Shown one piece after another: positions 1-15,000 of a stretch of 64,000 nucleotides of DNA. This DNA comes from Styela clava (lineage: Eukaryota). Location: positions 6,262,001 through 6,326,000 of the forward strand of contig NC_135261.1 in assembly GCF_964204865.1 (NCBI RefSeq), written 5' to 3'. Made by a program: the position numbers and the translations under genes. Every line of letters begins with the position of its first letter. The first letter of the stretch is position 1. Below the pieces are notes generated by a model. That model was not told the origin of the DNA, did no database searches, and saw only the letters and a list, made by a program, of their open reading frames with translations.

Positions 1-22
1 CTTCACTAGTGTATTAACTTAC

Positions 23-3000
23 GTATAACGGTCAAGGTGACACTGCTAACAGCTTTTCCAGCTTTGTTATGAGCAACGACAGTGTATTCCCCTCCATCTC
101 GTGGTGTAGCAGGAGATATAATCAGAGATCTGACTCCATCTTCTTTCACTACAACACGATGGCTGTAATCTTCGTGCATCAGGGCACCTGAAACAAACAT
201 TAAAGTTTACAATACACCCTTTATCTACTGTTTGAAAGTTACAATGTCTCTTGAAAGAACTGAAGCATAAGTCCGAGAACCTTTCGGAGTAGTGCGTATT
301 TCTATTGCAGTGGTTATGTGCTATTTATTAAACTTAGTAAAGAATATTATACCCTTATAATTTATACCATATAATATAGTTTACTAATATGAATGACTAT
401 ACGTGCCAATATTTCTTACAAAAATCTTGTTAACGGTATGCCGCATCGTACAGCAAACATGTTTTTTTAGAATGTATTGTCAAAATACATTTCAAATGCC
501 ATTTCAACAATGTTTTTTGCATAAGTCTTATAAATGTTTACGTGTATCAGGGGTATTCATTTCGCAATATCTATCTATTCTAACATATTATCTAATTTAC
601 TAACACGTGCTTGCGCATATTAAAAAGTTTAAGATAGTGACAATATTCCGCCGGGAATAAATGGACTGATTCGAATCCACATCAAATGTCATAGTGGTGC
701 AATATGTGAGTCTGTACATCATAAAATACTTAAGCAATGCTGTCATTGTCAAATAGGTTGACAGAAAGCTTTAATTTTAATGGCTCAGTAATTACATCAA
801 TGCAAGGTATCATCCCTGAGTATATAGAGCAATAACTCGCGATATACTTCATAACGATTTTTAGGTTCATTTTCTACCTTCGGAAAACACACAGACATAA
901 GCATGGAGTTCACATTTGAGCCATGATGAGTCTATTTGTGGTTGATCATCGTCAGCTGAAGTTTTATCGTTTTGAGTTCGGCCATCTTTTTGTACCGAAC
1001 TGTTGATTTGTTCTTTAATTTGATCGGTAATGTTTTCATTAACTGGTTCTGTTTCATAGCGGGGTTGGTATGTACATTGCAAGCATTGGCTATTCTTGTC
1101 TATACTATTTGTTTTTGATGGAGCGTAGCGTCCTGTTTGTAGCCCATTCATATCTCGTATATGATAGCAAACTCCCTCAAGTAGCGTTCTTTTGTCTTCT
1201 TGAGCCGTTATTTTGTCAACACGGCGCGCTTTGAGATGTTTTTCAAACGTTCTCCATTTAGACAAAGTATCAATGCCTTTGCGATTGGTTTGGTTCAAAG
1301 ATGGCGGAATTTCACTAAAGTGTGTACTAAGTTTGCCACCATTTTTAGTCCGAAAATAATTGTGTGTGTTTACATAGGGATGATATCCCAAGGATTGCTT
1401 GAATTTTGACCTGAACCGCCTATTACGTTCAGTGTCGTAGCCAGAAGTACATACAGTTACTTCAACTGGCCGTTTCACTAATTTTGTTGTGTGAATAATG
1501 ACATTTTTGACTAAACAATCCTTTTCATTCATTTTGTCCATCGAATTTGTGAATAATTCGAAACATATCCATTGTGAGTGATGTGAGTACCCATGTAGAC
1601 TTCTAGCCCATCGTTAATAAATTGCTAAAGGAATCACAGTGATGGCAATTCTGAACTAACTAACTAATAGTAATACTTAAGACAAACTTAACTCTAACAC
1701 AAAAACATTAGTTAATAATACCAAAGAATGGAACGAATCACAAATTGCCATTTTTTCGTTTAATTCAGTTGTGCTCATAAAAAAAATGTCTGCCCAGTCT
1801 TTAACCAGTGTTTGCTTGGTTTTACAAATTCAATTCTCAATGAATAAACTTGCTAAACTAAGATCAAAGTTTTATTGCGCGGTTATAGTTATATTGATGT
1901 AGCCATATGCTCGGGACTCGGAATATTGGAATTGTTTGTGAAAATATAATCACAGTACTAATATAATGATCTATCTAAAATAGGACGTGAGTTGTATAGC
2001 ACGGCTTTAGTTCAAGCATCTTATCCAGACATTCTATGATGGTTTATGATTGAGTTCCCCATTTTATGATCGCTGGAGTACGAGCTCTTATTGCATTCAC
2101 CAAATTTGAGGTAAAGAACACTAATTCATAACAAAACCAAGCTTGAAATAAGCCAAAACGAACTATAGATATGTGGCAACGGTATTTAAGGATTAGAATC
2201 AGAAAGAATGTTTCGCGATCGAATATATAATCCGTCATCTAAAATAGGACATGGCGTACCACTCAAAAACCACTTAGCATTGCCTTATCGCCTTCCACAA
2301 ATATTTGTCATTTCGAACAAATGCTTCAGCATTTCCGTAATGTATTTGATTTTATAGGACAGGAATGGTACAATTACACTCAGATCGACAATCTACTAAA
2401 TCCTAATTAACGATTCCCAAATAAAACCAATAAATTGGAAATTAAATATCCCTGCACCCCTATCATGTCCTCAGACTTGCACAAATCCACATTAGTTTAT
2501 AATAGTTCAGTTAAGACACAGACCAGCGTTTTTTATATTTGACGTTACTGTAAGTCAAACAATTTAATTTATTACAAATAACGACACGGCAACATTTATT
2601 CTAGTACAATCCAGGTGAGTGGGCAATTGCGTATTGGAAGGGTGAGGGCCAATTTTCGAAAGCAATACAATATATAGTACTACAAATTCCACAAATCAAC
2701 TTGTATAACCATGGTTCCCAACTGGTGGCCCATGGCTCCCCAAGGGGACAACAGTGCAGTTGTAGAGAGCCACAATGCTAGGCGCAAATCTGATTTTACT
2801 TTTCACTTTACAGGAAAACTCCCTGTTTTTTCTAGTTTCATAGCTTGACAAGGTTATTTCACAGATTGTTTTCACTTTGTTGATCATGAATTGTTTGAAC
2901 ATAATGGGATCTAGAATCCTCCAATAATAATAACACTTTACATTACTACTAGGATAATAACATGGGACCATGGGTGTAAAAGCCTGCAGAATCCACAAAG

Positions 3001-6000
3001 GCCACGAACAGTAAAAGATTCGAAATCTCTGCTGTATAACTTTCACTGTCTCGATTTAGTATAAATTTGAATCATGAGATAACACAAACTTAAAAAGCAA
3101 ATTAGCCTAAGCGGTACTCTTAATCCTACAATAAAATAGAATACATGAACCACGATTTACGTAATGAGACAAGTTCAATTGCATCTTCCTTATAGCAAAT
3201 CTTATTTACCCTCCGCGAAGCTACCACCTAACACTATAAATGAAATCTGTGGGTTATCTCGACCAACACACGCTTTACTGGAGAACATTATGTTTGGCGT
3301 GTAAACATGAGTATTGTAAACTTATGTTGTTTACTGTTCGTTTGTTAAAAATCTTTACTATAAAAAAACATGAGTAATATATATTGAATACTCTGGTAAT
3401 TGCGAACAAAAGTTGACCAAGCGTACATGCCTTTCATACACACCGCATGCGTATAAATATTTTTTCTATTTAGTCGGTAAATAAACTTTTGACTTTGGTT
3501 TCCTTAAATTTACCGCACTTTTTGAAGAATAGCCGCTTTTTCTTTCATCGAAAACAATGTATAAACACAATAACAGAAAAGGGCGACTGTTAATTTTATC
3601 GCCTATTTCAAATTTCGATATGGAATTTGTAAATTCATTTAGGCACGACTGGCTGAACTACACTGTGTCACGGAATGAGTAAAATTCACTGGAAATTTAA
3701 GTTAAACTCATACAGAATATGCCATGCGGCGTTTTTATTACTTTATTTATATTTTTATTACAAAATATTGTTTCAGTAGCCTTAACGACTGATGGAACAA
3801 ATAACAGACAGACTATAAATTGCTTTGTGCGAAATACCGGGTAATATATCTGACATTTTCTGTGATTTTTAAATGAATTTTTACTGGAAGCTAAATGTCT
3901 GGTTTACCCTTACACAATACAATTATATCGGAGACAGAAATATTCTACTCTAAACCACTATTTGGTCAAATTACTTGAGAAACGCTATTTATATATTGAA
4001 CAACACAGCAGGTATGCCATAAATAAGCAAGCAGGTCAGAACATGCCACAGTAGCAATAAATCCAGTCTTATATCCTGCCCACAAAAGCGCAAGATAGGA
4101 TTTTCATGAAGGATAGTATTATGTTAGGCACGGAGAACAGTTTCTGAATATCGGTAGGCCGTGCAAAATCGATTTTAACGATTCTAGAGTAATTCTGATG
4201 TGGATAGAAAATACAACAAATCGGCGTATTGTGGGTAAACACTGACTGACTTCAATGATGACAAATAGTTTAAAATACAAAGGAACGATTTATCGCGTTT
4301 ATTCCTCTTCGATGTAACAAGTCTTGCGCATCGTAAGTATGATTTGATGTAATATACCGGGGGAATATGGGATATAAAATAATGAGTAAAATGCAGCAAT
4401 AAAAGAATGTGAGACTATTGGGAGTTTATGACAAAGTGAAGGGTTTCTTTTGTGTCTCTCAATCCTACTATTGGGTTGTTCAAAATATTGTAAAGGATTT
4501 CTATGTCAAACTCAAACCCGCTGTCTGCATGCCCAATATATGCCCTTACAGAGTATGACATTTCCTACCGCGATTGGGACGGCATACCCGTACCTTTTTC
4601 AACTAACCCCTGTATACATGACTTAGGTTTATGTTTTTCAAATATTGAGTAATACGCTGATATTGCTCCTAATTTATTTCAACAATTGGACAACAGTCTC
4701 AAGTATTTTATGAAAAAACAATATTTCGCAATGTGTTGGCAATTAATTAAAATTCATCAGGCACTTCTTTTAAATATACAAAGCATAGCATATTGTATCA
4801 ACATATGAATCCTAATTCAATCAGTTCAGCAAATTAACAGGAATATGTCGCTTCGGTCACTTGTAAACTGTAATCCAAAACAAACAATATCAAAGTTGAT
4901 CGTAAGAATGATAAATTGACTGAAAGCATTGGCTAGATGTTTACATATTGTCGTTGATGATGGATGTATCGAATAAACGTACATGTTCAAATATTTAGAT
5001 TTCTTGAACTCATACACAAAGTCGATTTGGTAAGAAGTAATAATTGATGGTTAATGTATCAAATATTTAGATTTCTTGAACTTATAACTCAAATCGATTG
5101 GGTGAAAGATAATAGCGCGTGACCCTATAATGACCCTATTGCGTCACAGGGCTACTATTTTGGTCTATGTATATTGTATACTGATACCTCAGTATAAACG
5201 TATAATTAGTAAATACCCATGAACATGACCATAAAACATATATACAACCAAGGTGTAGGTCACATTATACAGACACGAACGAGATACTTTACATTTAAAT
5301 TATCCAGAAATTCGCGCAAAATATATAAACAATATTAGATTTGAAAAGTCTACATATTTTTTCGTAAAATACTATTACATCAGAAAGAATTTGAAATCAT
5401 TAAAATTTGGTTAACATCCGCAGAAAGCGCGGCAATTATCATAAACTCTATTCAAGGCCAAAGTATGTTATCAGGTACATTAAAATAGAAAATAAACATA
5501 TATTTCAATATCATATGACGCCTGTATCGGGCAGTCATAGCTAATACATTTGCGCTCGATTATTTGAGCATGGTAATTATATCATACTTGCGTACTGGCA
5601 AATGCTACTCAATATTGCATATATACGTCAGCATTGCTAATACTATTTACAAAAGCTTAAAGGCTTACATTGTCCAAACAACACTTTTACATTGATGTTT
5701 TAACCATTAAATACTAGCATTTCGTACAATTGAAGAACAAAATCAAAATGATATATGTATTTAAATCGGCCAATATTGAATAAAGAACACGGCAAACACC
5801 CATTGAACTGTATGTCTTATATAGGTAGTTAAATACATACTTTTGACAAAAAAATATATTGGAAATAAAAAGCTACCACCAATTTTGCGAAAAAGGGGGT
5901 TTGCAACAAATATCTTCCCTACCGTTGTTATTTTTCAGGAATATTCAAAAATATACTAAAAAAATCCTACCTTTTTGCAGGGCGCGTTCTGTTACCAAAA

Positions 6001-9000
6001 TCCTTTGTCGCTTCGATATCATGAGCGGAGCTACCGAGATATTAATGTCAGGCGCATGGTTTACTATATAAAACAAGGGCTGTTGTCTATCCATGCACAG
6101 AATAACGCCTAGGCCTTCGTTCTCCATAGAAAAATCGCCAAGTTGTGTTTGGCAAATTTTACTGATATAATACGAAGCGTAATCCTATATTGTACGGGTT
6201 GAATAGTAAAGTACACCCCAAAACCTATAGGTAATTAGATAATTAAGTCGCACAAATACAGAGTTCGGCCATTCAATAAACACGTGTTCCGCCGCCCACT
6301 TAACGTCTTTTATTTCTTGTACACTATCCGTTATAGTTTGCCATATATATTCCATAGACTACAAAGGTATAACAGGCTCATTTTATAAATGGCACATGCC
6401 TAACTTTGTGACTTCAATTAATCAATGACAAAATCACACTTATGATACCCTGCTGTACTAGAACATACAACAATACAATAAATATCTAATATAAACCTCA
6501 ATATGATATCCGACCTAAATTTCTGACCCTACGCGTGACCCCATATTACTCAAACAAGGCATTTATGCCGCATACAACCGTATTGGAAATCCGATACCTA
6601 AGTAAGGTAAATACGCTACTCATTGTTGTGGTGAAGAGACATAGGTAAAGTTATATATTTTTAGTAATTGAATGTAAATAATAATAAAACGGGACCCAAA
6701 TTCGTAACTTTACTTTAATGACTACGCTATCATATTGTATATACATGCCATTTGCTGGAGGCTTAACTGTGAAACGGGTATTTATTTACGTCTAATTTAT
6801 GATATGATGGGTATTGGGATATATTAAACTATCACAAAATTCTAGGCAATCATTTTTAAGGAAATTTGCGACCAATACGACTTTGCTGTAAACACGTGCT
6901 TCGTTGAATTAAGCATAGGAAGGGACATCCAATTACTAGAGGTTAAAGAAATTCACAATGGCACTCCGCCAGTTAAATACAAGGCACCTAATCTAAAACT
7001 TCTACAATAAACTACATCCAAAGGCTTATAATAGAACACACGCTACATCTATTATTTTTCAGCAGTACCATTCATTCGCTCAGCCTTTGTTACGTAGGTA
7101 ACAAAGGACTATTAAATCACAATGGCTTAACAAAGTTTTAAGTGTTTTCCTGGTATTTGAGAATGCCTTGTACGTACGTTCCATATGTTGTCAAATTGTC
7201 GAATGTTTGAACGCAATAAATTATGATTAAATATATATGTATCTGTCTCCAATGTATTGCATGAGGACGATTTGTTTACAAAGATAGACGTTTGTAAATT
7301 TGCCACTAACGTAGGAGAGTTATTTCGCGAAATTTACGAGAATAAACATTTTTAATGAGATTATATTTGCATATTCTGTATAAGATTAACAGCGTATCAA
7401 ATGTAAATATTCTTCATAAAATGTAGCTTTGTTACGTTGCACTCACATGGTCCGCCAGTCTAGGTGGGCAACATTTTTGGCCCTTATTCCCAAAAACCTT
7501 GCCCACCCCTGTTGTATTACAATTTGGGTTAGATTGTTAGCATGATGTCTCCATCTGTAATAGCTGGGGCAACCTCATAAACAACTGGGTCATGATAAAG
7601 ACAAAGGTCAATCATTAAACGTGCGCCGCATTCATACGGGCTCATGCCCGGAACGGTTAATAAAGGTGCCCTTTCCCAACTGTTTGATTTATATGAAACG
7701 CGATCCCGGTACTTAAGAAGTGTTGTAGTATTGTCTACACACTACCACAACAATGCATAATAGTATGATTGAAAATTATCGTTGGCTTAGATTGGCCCAT
7801 GCCTATATGTTTACAAATTTATAGACAATGTTTGATGCTGAAATAGAATTAGTACTGAAAGTGTTGAACATTGATTGATTTGACATCCAATTCGTGTTAT
7901 AGAAGAATTTGTTTCTCTTTGTAAATATAAGTGTAAGCACTCCTAACTACAAAGGGTCGACGAATGCAGCCCGCATTTATAATTAGTGCAATCGTTGCCG
8001 AAATTTGGCGCAGTTAAGAAAAAATACGTAATGAATTATATAACTACAGTAAGTAGGCTTATAGGCGTATAGTCCCCTAATATTGTTTTCGACCCCCCTA
8101 ATGGATTTGGAAAAACTTAAGTGAAACTCCATAGTGATTACTGCCGAGTTTACTACCTTCAATTGTGATACAAAATAATAATAAAATGATATGAAAGGAG
8201 TTATAATAAAGCTACTTTAATTTGAACTTGGATTTAGATTCATTAGGTCCAAGATATCACTCCAACAAAAGTTTTTACTCCTATATTCTACTTATAAATG
8301 ACATCGAAATACAATCCAGACACCCAGAGAAACATCTGGAATTTAGTAAACAAAACAAGACAAAAGGCGAACCTTGCTCACACCTAGATATAATCCGGTG
8401 ACGAGCACGCAAACAAAATATAAACATACAAGGAATAAAGATTCTTATATGCTTTTATACCCTATACTTTCGAATTTAATAAATACGTCAATATTTTCGC
8501 AATTGAAAAGTAATCTGTCTGATATACAGTATACACATGGGTTTTTATTTTGTCAACATGGCTAGATAGCAATAAATCGGTAATAGATTGTTAAAAACAA
8601 GACGTGTAGCACTCACAGTACCTTGGTACAGTTTTGAGGTAATTAGCCAAAACCTTATTTATGAGTAAGGCAAAGACTGTGAGTACAGGCTAACGACAAT
8701 CGGCGAAAAAATAAAAGTCTCAATGATCACACTTTGTTTTATCTTCCCATCTCTTTCCATTATAAGTTAATTACACTAAAAAGTAGGCTGAGCAAATTCC
8801 ACAAACGCTCAATGTATGCAACCACAATTGCATTATTTATCAGACTGTTAGCTTTTTCATTATTTTACTTTATATATTAATGCATATAATAATGGAAACT
8901 TAAATAACTTACCGTTATGATACCACATGACATCAGGTAAAGGTCGTCCTGTGACTTTGCAATCCAATCTAGTAGCTGTTCCTTCATTACATTCAGTAGA

Positions 9001-12000
9001 TTCCGTTTTACGAAGAAATCTAGGCCTAAACAAATGTATTCAAATAAAAGTTAATTTGATTTTCAGAGCCTTTCAAAATTTTGCCGCATTCTAACAACAA
9101 GATTTTTCACACCTGGGCATGGGTTAGCATTAATTTTATTTTAATAAAAAAACAACACGGTAAAACTCAAATTTAAATCGTATACTTGTTCAGTTGACAA
9201 TAGGAATAGCATCGTAACCAGAATATTATTCATTAAGTTACGAACAACACTACTTTTCAAGTGATTATCAAGATTCTAATAACAATACTTAGCAACAACT
9301 TACAACTAAAACCAAAAAATCTAATTTCAAAAATATATTTTTGACATCGCGAGAACATAACAACATAATAAATATACAGCCTGCAATCTAAACCGAAATC
9401 TGAAAGATTGTTAGCAATTCCACAAAACAACACTCTATATTCACTATTTATTTGTAACACGAAAAACTAAAAAAATTCTTTTATGTAGATTTACAATAGG
9501 TAATATACGAAGTGTAAAAAGACTGTGTTACACCTCAAAGCATCCATATTCTTCCCCTACTCTAAGTGGCGTATATTATCCATCTAAGGTCACTCAAAGA
9601 ATGCTCACAACCCAACCTGGGATAACTTAACACCTACTCATGAGCTCTTGAAATGTGGTAAAGAATTTAAGATTATCGTGCCTGGCCGAATAACATTGTT
9701 GGATAATTTGAATAGGAAATGGATGATTTGAAATCATGAAGGACATTGGGTATTTGATAATTAAAATAGTATGAGGAGTAAGGAAGGAGGTGGTTATTTT
9801 GGAGGTAGTATAGGCTTTTAAAATTTTAATTTTGTTATGAAGTCAGTTCTTAATATATCTCAACAAGGTTTGTTGTTTTTTAATCAGTAATTGTTTGATT
9901 ATTTTTACTTAATTTAATACATTTGGGAGGACAAAAACAATATATGGTATCGATAAATTCACTTTGCAATTTTGAAAATTTAGGACTTTATGCCTACCCT
10001 ATCCTATATTATAGCAACCAGATGAATTAAGTTATGAATAAAAACTCGTTTTTCTATAAAACCTGATTACAATTGGCACTCAATAAAGGCAGTATTTTGT
10101 AAACGAGTTTCTAAAGGAGCCTTCTGTATATAAAATTAATTTCAGTTGTAACAACTGCTCACTTGAAATATTTTTCAATATCCAATTCATCAACTTCGTC
10201 AAGTCTCTTAGAAGGCGAAACCGATCTTCTGTCACTGACGTCATATCTTCCAGGACTAAGGCTCGACATCCGAGCACTGCCAGGAGAAACTGCCTTCTTA
10301 CTTGTAGGTGTCAGATGACGAGCTTCTCCACGACCCCTATCGAAAAAGTAAAGTTTTTGAGAATAACAGTAAAAAAAGTTGAATTATTAATTCATTAAAA
10401 AATCAGATGACGAGCTTATCCACGACCCCTATCGAAAAAGTAATGTTTTTGAGAATAACAGTAAAAAAAAGTTGAATTATTAATTCATTAGAAAATCCCA
10501 GCCTATTCTATGTTACAGTAGAATATCAAATTCAAAAGTCGCAAAGGCAGTCAAAATAGTAACATAAATAATTGTTTACCGAATATATAACGAATTCGTC
10601 ACATACATAATGTCATGAAACTACAAGCTTCAACAGACGAAAGTAACGGTAATCTCAGCGACATGATTTTTCTTAGTGCTATATTTAAACTTTTTCACAC
10701 CCCCTGAGAACAGCGTTAATGTTATAGGTGAAAATGTATTGACGCTGTCATTAACACTAACATTACGGTCAAGCGAGGGATTCGCCACATGATTAAGCAG
10801 TCTCATCGGTTTTCCTCTCCCCTGATTGTATATGTAAATCCTATCCTATCGCGATATCTGACCGACAATCCATAATAAAAATAAATTCGCTGTGTTGTAC
10901 AACAAAAACTCAGTTCTCTTGTATCCAGAATGACATAAGATTCCATAAATCTGATCTCAAAACAATTTTATATAAGCCCTTCAACTCGTTCATTATTTTG
11001 ATATTCGAAGATTCAAACAATTTGCATGTAGATATTTTTCAAATATTCAGTATAATTTACCTTGCAACTGGTTGAGACGGAGCTAACGTATGCTGTGCAG
11101 TGTATGTTCTGCCAGGAACAGAAGTCTGCTGCTGAATTGCGTGAGTGTTTTCTTGATGCATTTTGTATTCATCTAAAAATTGAAAATAAAAATTCAGTTG
11201 TAGTAAAAGATTGTAGAGAACAATAAGGGGCAATGCTTTAAAATGGAAACGCAGATGGGATCATTGCCGTGTACCTTTCGTTGAGCGTGCGTCCAACCCA
11301 CTTTGTGGTGAATGGGGAAATTTGAAAAAAAAAATGAAAAAATAGGATAGAATTTTAGAGAACCCACACTTCTAGAACAGAAATTTGAAAGGTGATTGTT
11401 CCAGTATCTGAGAAGCAAACTAAACGTTAATTCCCCAAACACTCAAACACAATTTTTTTTTGAAGCGATCTCTGGATCTTTTTCGTGCCCAACAATATCA
11501 AGAAATTGATAAATTCAGTGTTACCTTCCGATAGTAGTTGTACAGTCCCGCGTATAAATCCAAATCTGTTTGTAGCCGTGATAGTGTATTCACCGGCATC
11601 TTCGGGAAATAGCATTCCAACATACATGGTAAATGTATCTACAAGAAGAATATATTGGGAATATATCATTTTTAGTATTCATATTTCACCGAGATATAAA
11701 AATGACTTTTTTAACTAATTATTATATATCATTTTTTATATCTATGAGAAATTTGAAAATATTCAAGTTATATAACATTTTATTTTAAAATATAGAAAAC
11801 TGATTCGAATATTTTTATTTGTTTATTGAAAAGATGCTTATTTTCATCTTTCTCTCATTTTGTGGGGAGACGGTGGTTTATCTCATTTTTATTGAGCATG
11901 TTAACATATGAACACACTATTTTCAAAGAGCAAAGTGTAGCTTATTTCCGTTAGACGTTTTATTTTCCCCATAATAGACAGACAGAAAATTCCAATTTCT

Positions 12001-15000
12001 AATGGTAAAATAACATTTTAAATATGTGGTATATTCTGCAGGATGTTTGAAATTGCATTATAACCCATCAGCTCTGTTTTTCATTCAGACATGCAATTTT
12101 TCCTGATCCTACACTTATATGATTCTGTTAAATGAAAGTCTGTATATTACGCTATAGTGTGTAAAAAATGATTATCACATACGTTTTAAAATATCTTCTT
12201 CTAGTTTAAATCTGAATCCGTGTTCAATGGCTTTTCCATTCTTTGCCCAAGTTACATTGGGAGGTGGAGAGCCAGAAATAACGAAAGACAGTCTGAGTGA
12301 TCCACCTTCTTCGAGTCTCACTTGGCTAGGAGGGGAACTCACGAGCAAGGGAGCGGCACCACTGATAGTTTGAGTGCCGGGTGCAATTGAGGATTGTCTG
12401 GAGGATTGCTTTCCTGTAAAACGTGAATATAAAAATAAGATAAAATAAGATGAAAAAAAAAGAAATTTGCAAAAAAAAACTCCGATTGTTAGAAAGTCAG
12501 ACAGGGCTCGAACGAACCTATGATTCAGACATTTCATGGATGAACGTTAAAATTTATTGTTTAATCATAGATTTGATACACAATAAAGTTCAAAACAATA
12601 TATTGCACATTGAAATTCATGGATGTTTCCTTGATCCTAAAATCTTATCATACTTAAAATCACGATTTGGTTTTCATTTTTATTTTGAAAGTATATCACG
12701 AATTAGCGTTTGTAGATGCAATGTATCGACTGAAGGACCAATCAATAATTAAAAATTTGTTTGACCGAAAAGAGTCTGAGTGACAGCTAAAGTTACGTTG
12801 TTGTTGACTTCTTGCTGATTAGCCATTGTTACGGAAACAAACCAGGAAGTCGATGCCTTGAAAAACATTCAAAATATACCTGAAGGTGTTACAGAAGATT
12901 CCTCAGCTACAGGGGATAATTTCTTTGCCAGTTGTCCATCAGTCGCATCAAGATGGTGGTGATGAGCAACAGCTGATGCAGAAGGTTTCACAAATTCCGT
13001 GTCTGTAAGTTCTACGTCTGATACGCCGGAAACGAAGTCTAATTCAGTGCTGTGATGAAAAATAAATGAAAATTATTGTTATATAAACTTGAATATTTAC
13101 AAATTTATTTTCATACATATACAGTTATAACTCGATAGAGTAATGCAATTCTATTACAGGTTCAGCATTGTATTTTCGATTGGCTGTGATCAGTTTATTA
13201 TCAGTGTACCAGATAAAAACATTCGGTACTCCCGAAGTATGTGAACCAAGATGGCCCACACCGGAACGTAGTATGTGTACCAGGTTAGGCCATAATTTCG
13301 GATACAAATACTACGGGAGTCAGTGGGCTAGTCCCTGAACTCATAATAGAACTAAAATAAGGAAAATTGGAATAAAATTATGGCCTAATTCTAACTCGGT
13401 ACACATACTACGTTTCGGTGCCCGCCACCTTGGTTCACATCACCTTGCTTCGAGATTTTTTTTTAATTATTAGGCATTGTATTTACCTTTCGAATCCTTC
13501 ATAGTCAGTCATGGATAATTCAGTTTCCGATATAGATCGAGCAACTTCAGGTTTATAGGAAGGTCCTGCTTCGTCCTCTGTTTCAGGGACATTGACCTAT
13601 ACAAAGTATAAATTTTAAGAAAAATGTTTTCAACAGGACTTTACTTAATGAGATTCAAAAACTTTGAAGCAAAATAAATACGAAAAATCAGGGAATACTT
13701 GAAAATATATTGTATTTGAATCGGGTTGTTCTAAATCTAACAAATATACAGTATGCCAAAAGATATACCAGGCGTCAGATATTGTTAATATATTTAGGAA
13801 TCATTGAAATATACCCGCGTTCACATACAATTGGACAACATTTAATAATTTCCTCCTATATCTTTCCAGAGTTCATAAAAGCAGAGTTTTGGAATTATTG
13901 GATTGAGGCATGTTCAATAAAACAATTAATCAATTCAAAACTTGTATTTTTTTTCCAATATGGCCATTTTGATGAAAAATGTTTGGGACTGGGATATAAA
14001 AGTAAATTCACAAAAATTGGTTGAGGAAACGCGAAATTCTTCTTCTACGTTCTTAGAAAGACGATATTTTATTAGAAAAGAAATTTTATTAGAGGAACTC
14101 CTGCTTTTAATGGGTTTACATTGCTGTCACTCCTTACGAGTCGAAAAGGCCTATTTTTTCATTACTACTTACAGTCAGGAGGGCACTGCATGAGCTGCTT
14201 CCAGCTTTATTTTGAGCAGTGCAAGTGAACATTCCAGCATCATCAACGTAGGTTTCACGAATAAGCAGTGTGCTCATTTGTCCGTCAAACGTTATAAGAA
14301 AATCCGGTGAACTTTGAATCAGAGCACCTATGACAAAAAAATTGGGACGATTGTCAATATTTTGTTTACATGCAATGTTAGTGAATATGCCCCCTGCCCA
14401 TAGGTTTCAGTCTCTTTACACAACTGATGTAAAGTAGGCGAACAAAGTTAGTATTGGTACACACTCTTCTGAAGCGCCGGGTATTTTATATATTTATCCT
14501 TAATAAAGAAAAAAGTTGGGAGTTGAGCATGACAAAAAGTTAACTAGCAGTCACTATTAGAAAAATTCAAACGGAAGTTCTGCTTTAATAAATGCGCATT
14601 TTAACAAACAGTGTTAACTGAATCTGTTATGTCTCGTAGCAACTGCTATCTACTGGCCTCTGGTGTAAAGATAAATCTATTATTAAATCTTATTATAAGT
14701 CAGGATGAGAATAGTGTTTTTGCTATTGGGGTTTAATTTTCATTCTAATTATCAAAGGGAACGAACGTGTATATTTTTTTCTTGTATTTTTTCGCTTCCA
14801 TAAAAAAGTTAGAGGGCCACGGAATTTATATGCAAAGAAAATGGGCCACGAAAGAAGAAGTGTTGACAACAACAGTTCCATAGTCTATACATACCTTCGC
14901 GATACCATTTAATGGTAGGTGTAGGGTTTCCAATCACGTGACATTCAAATTGCGACATTTCTCCTTCCACTACTTCAACGTTCTTGGCAGGAAGTTTGAA

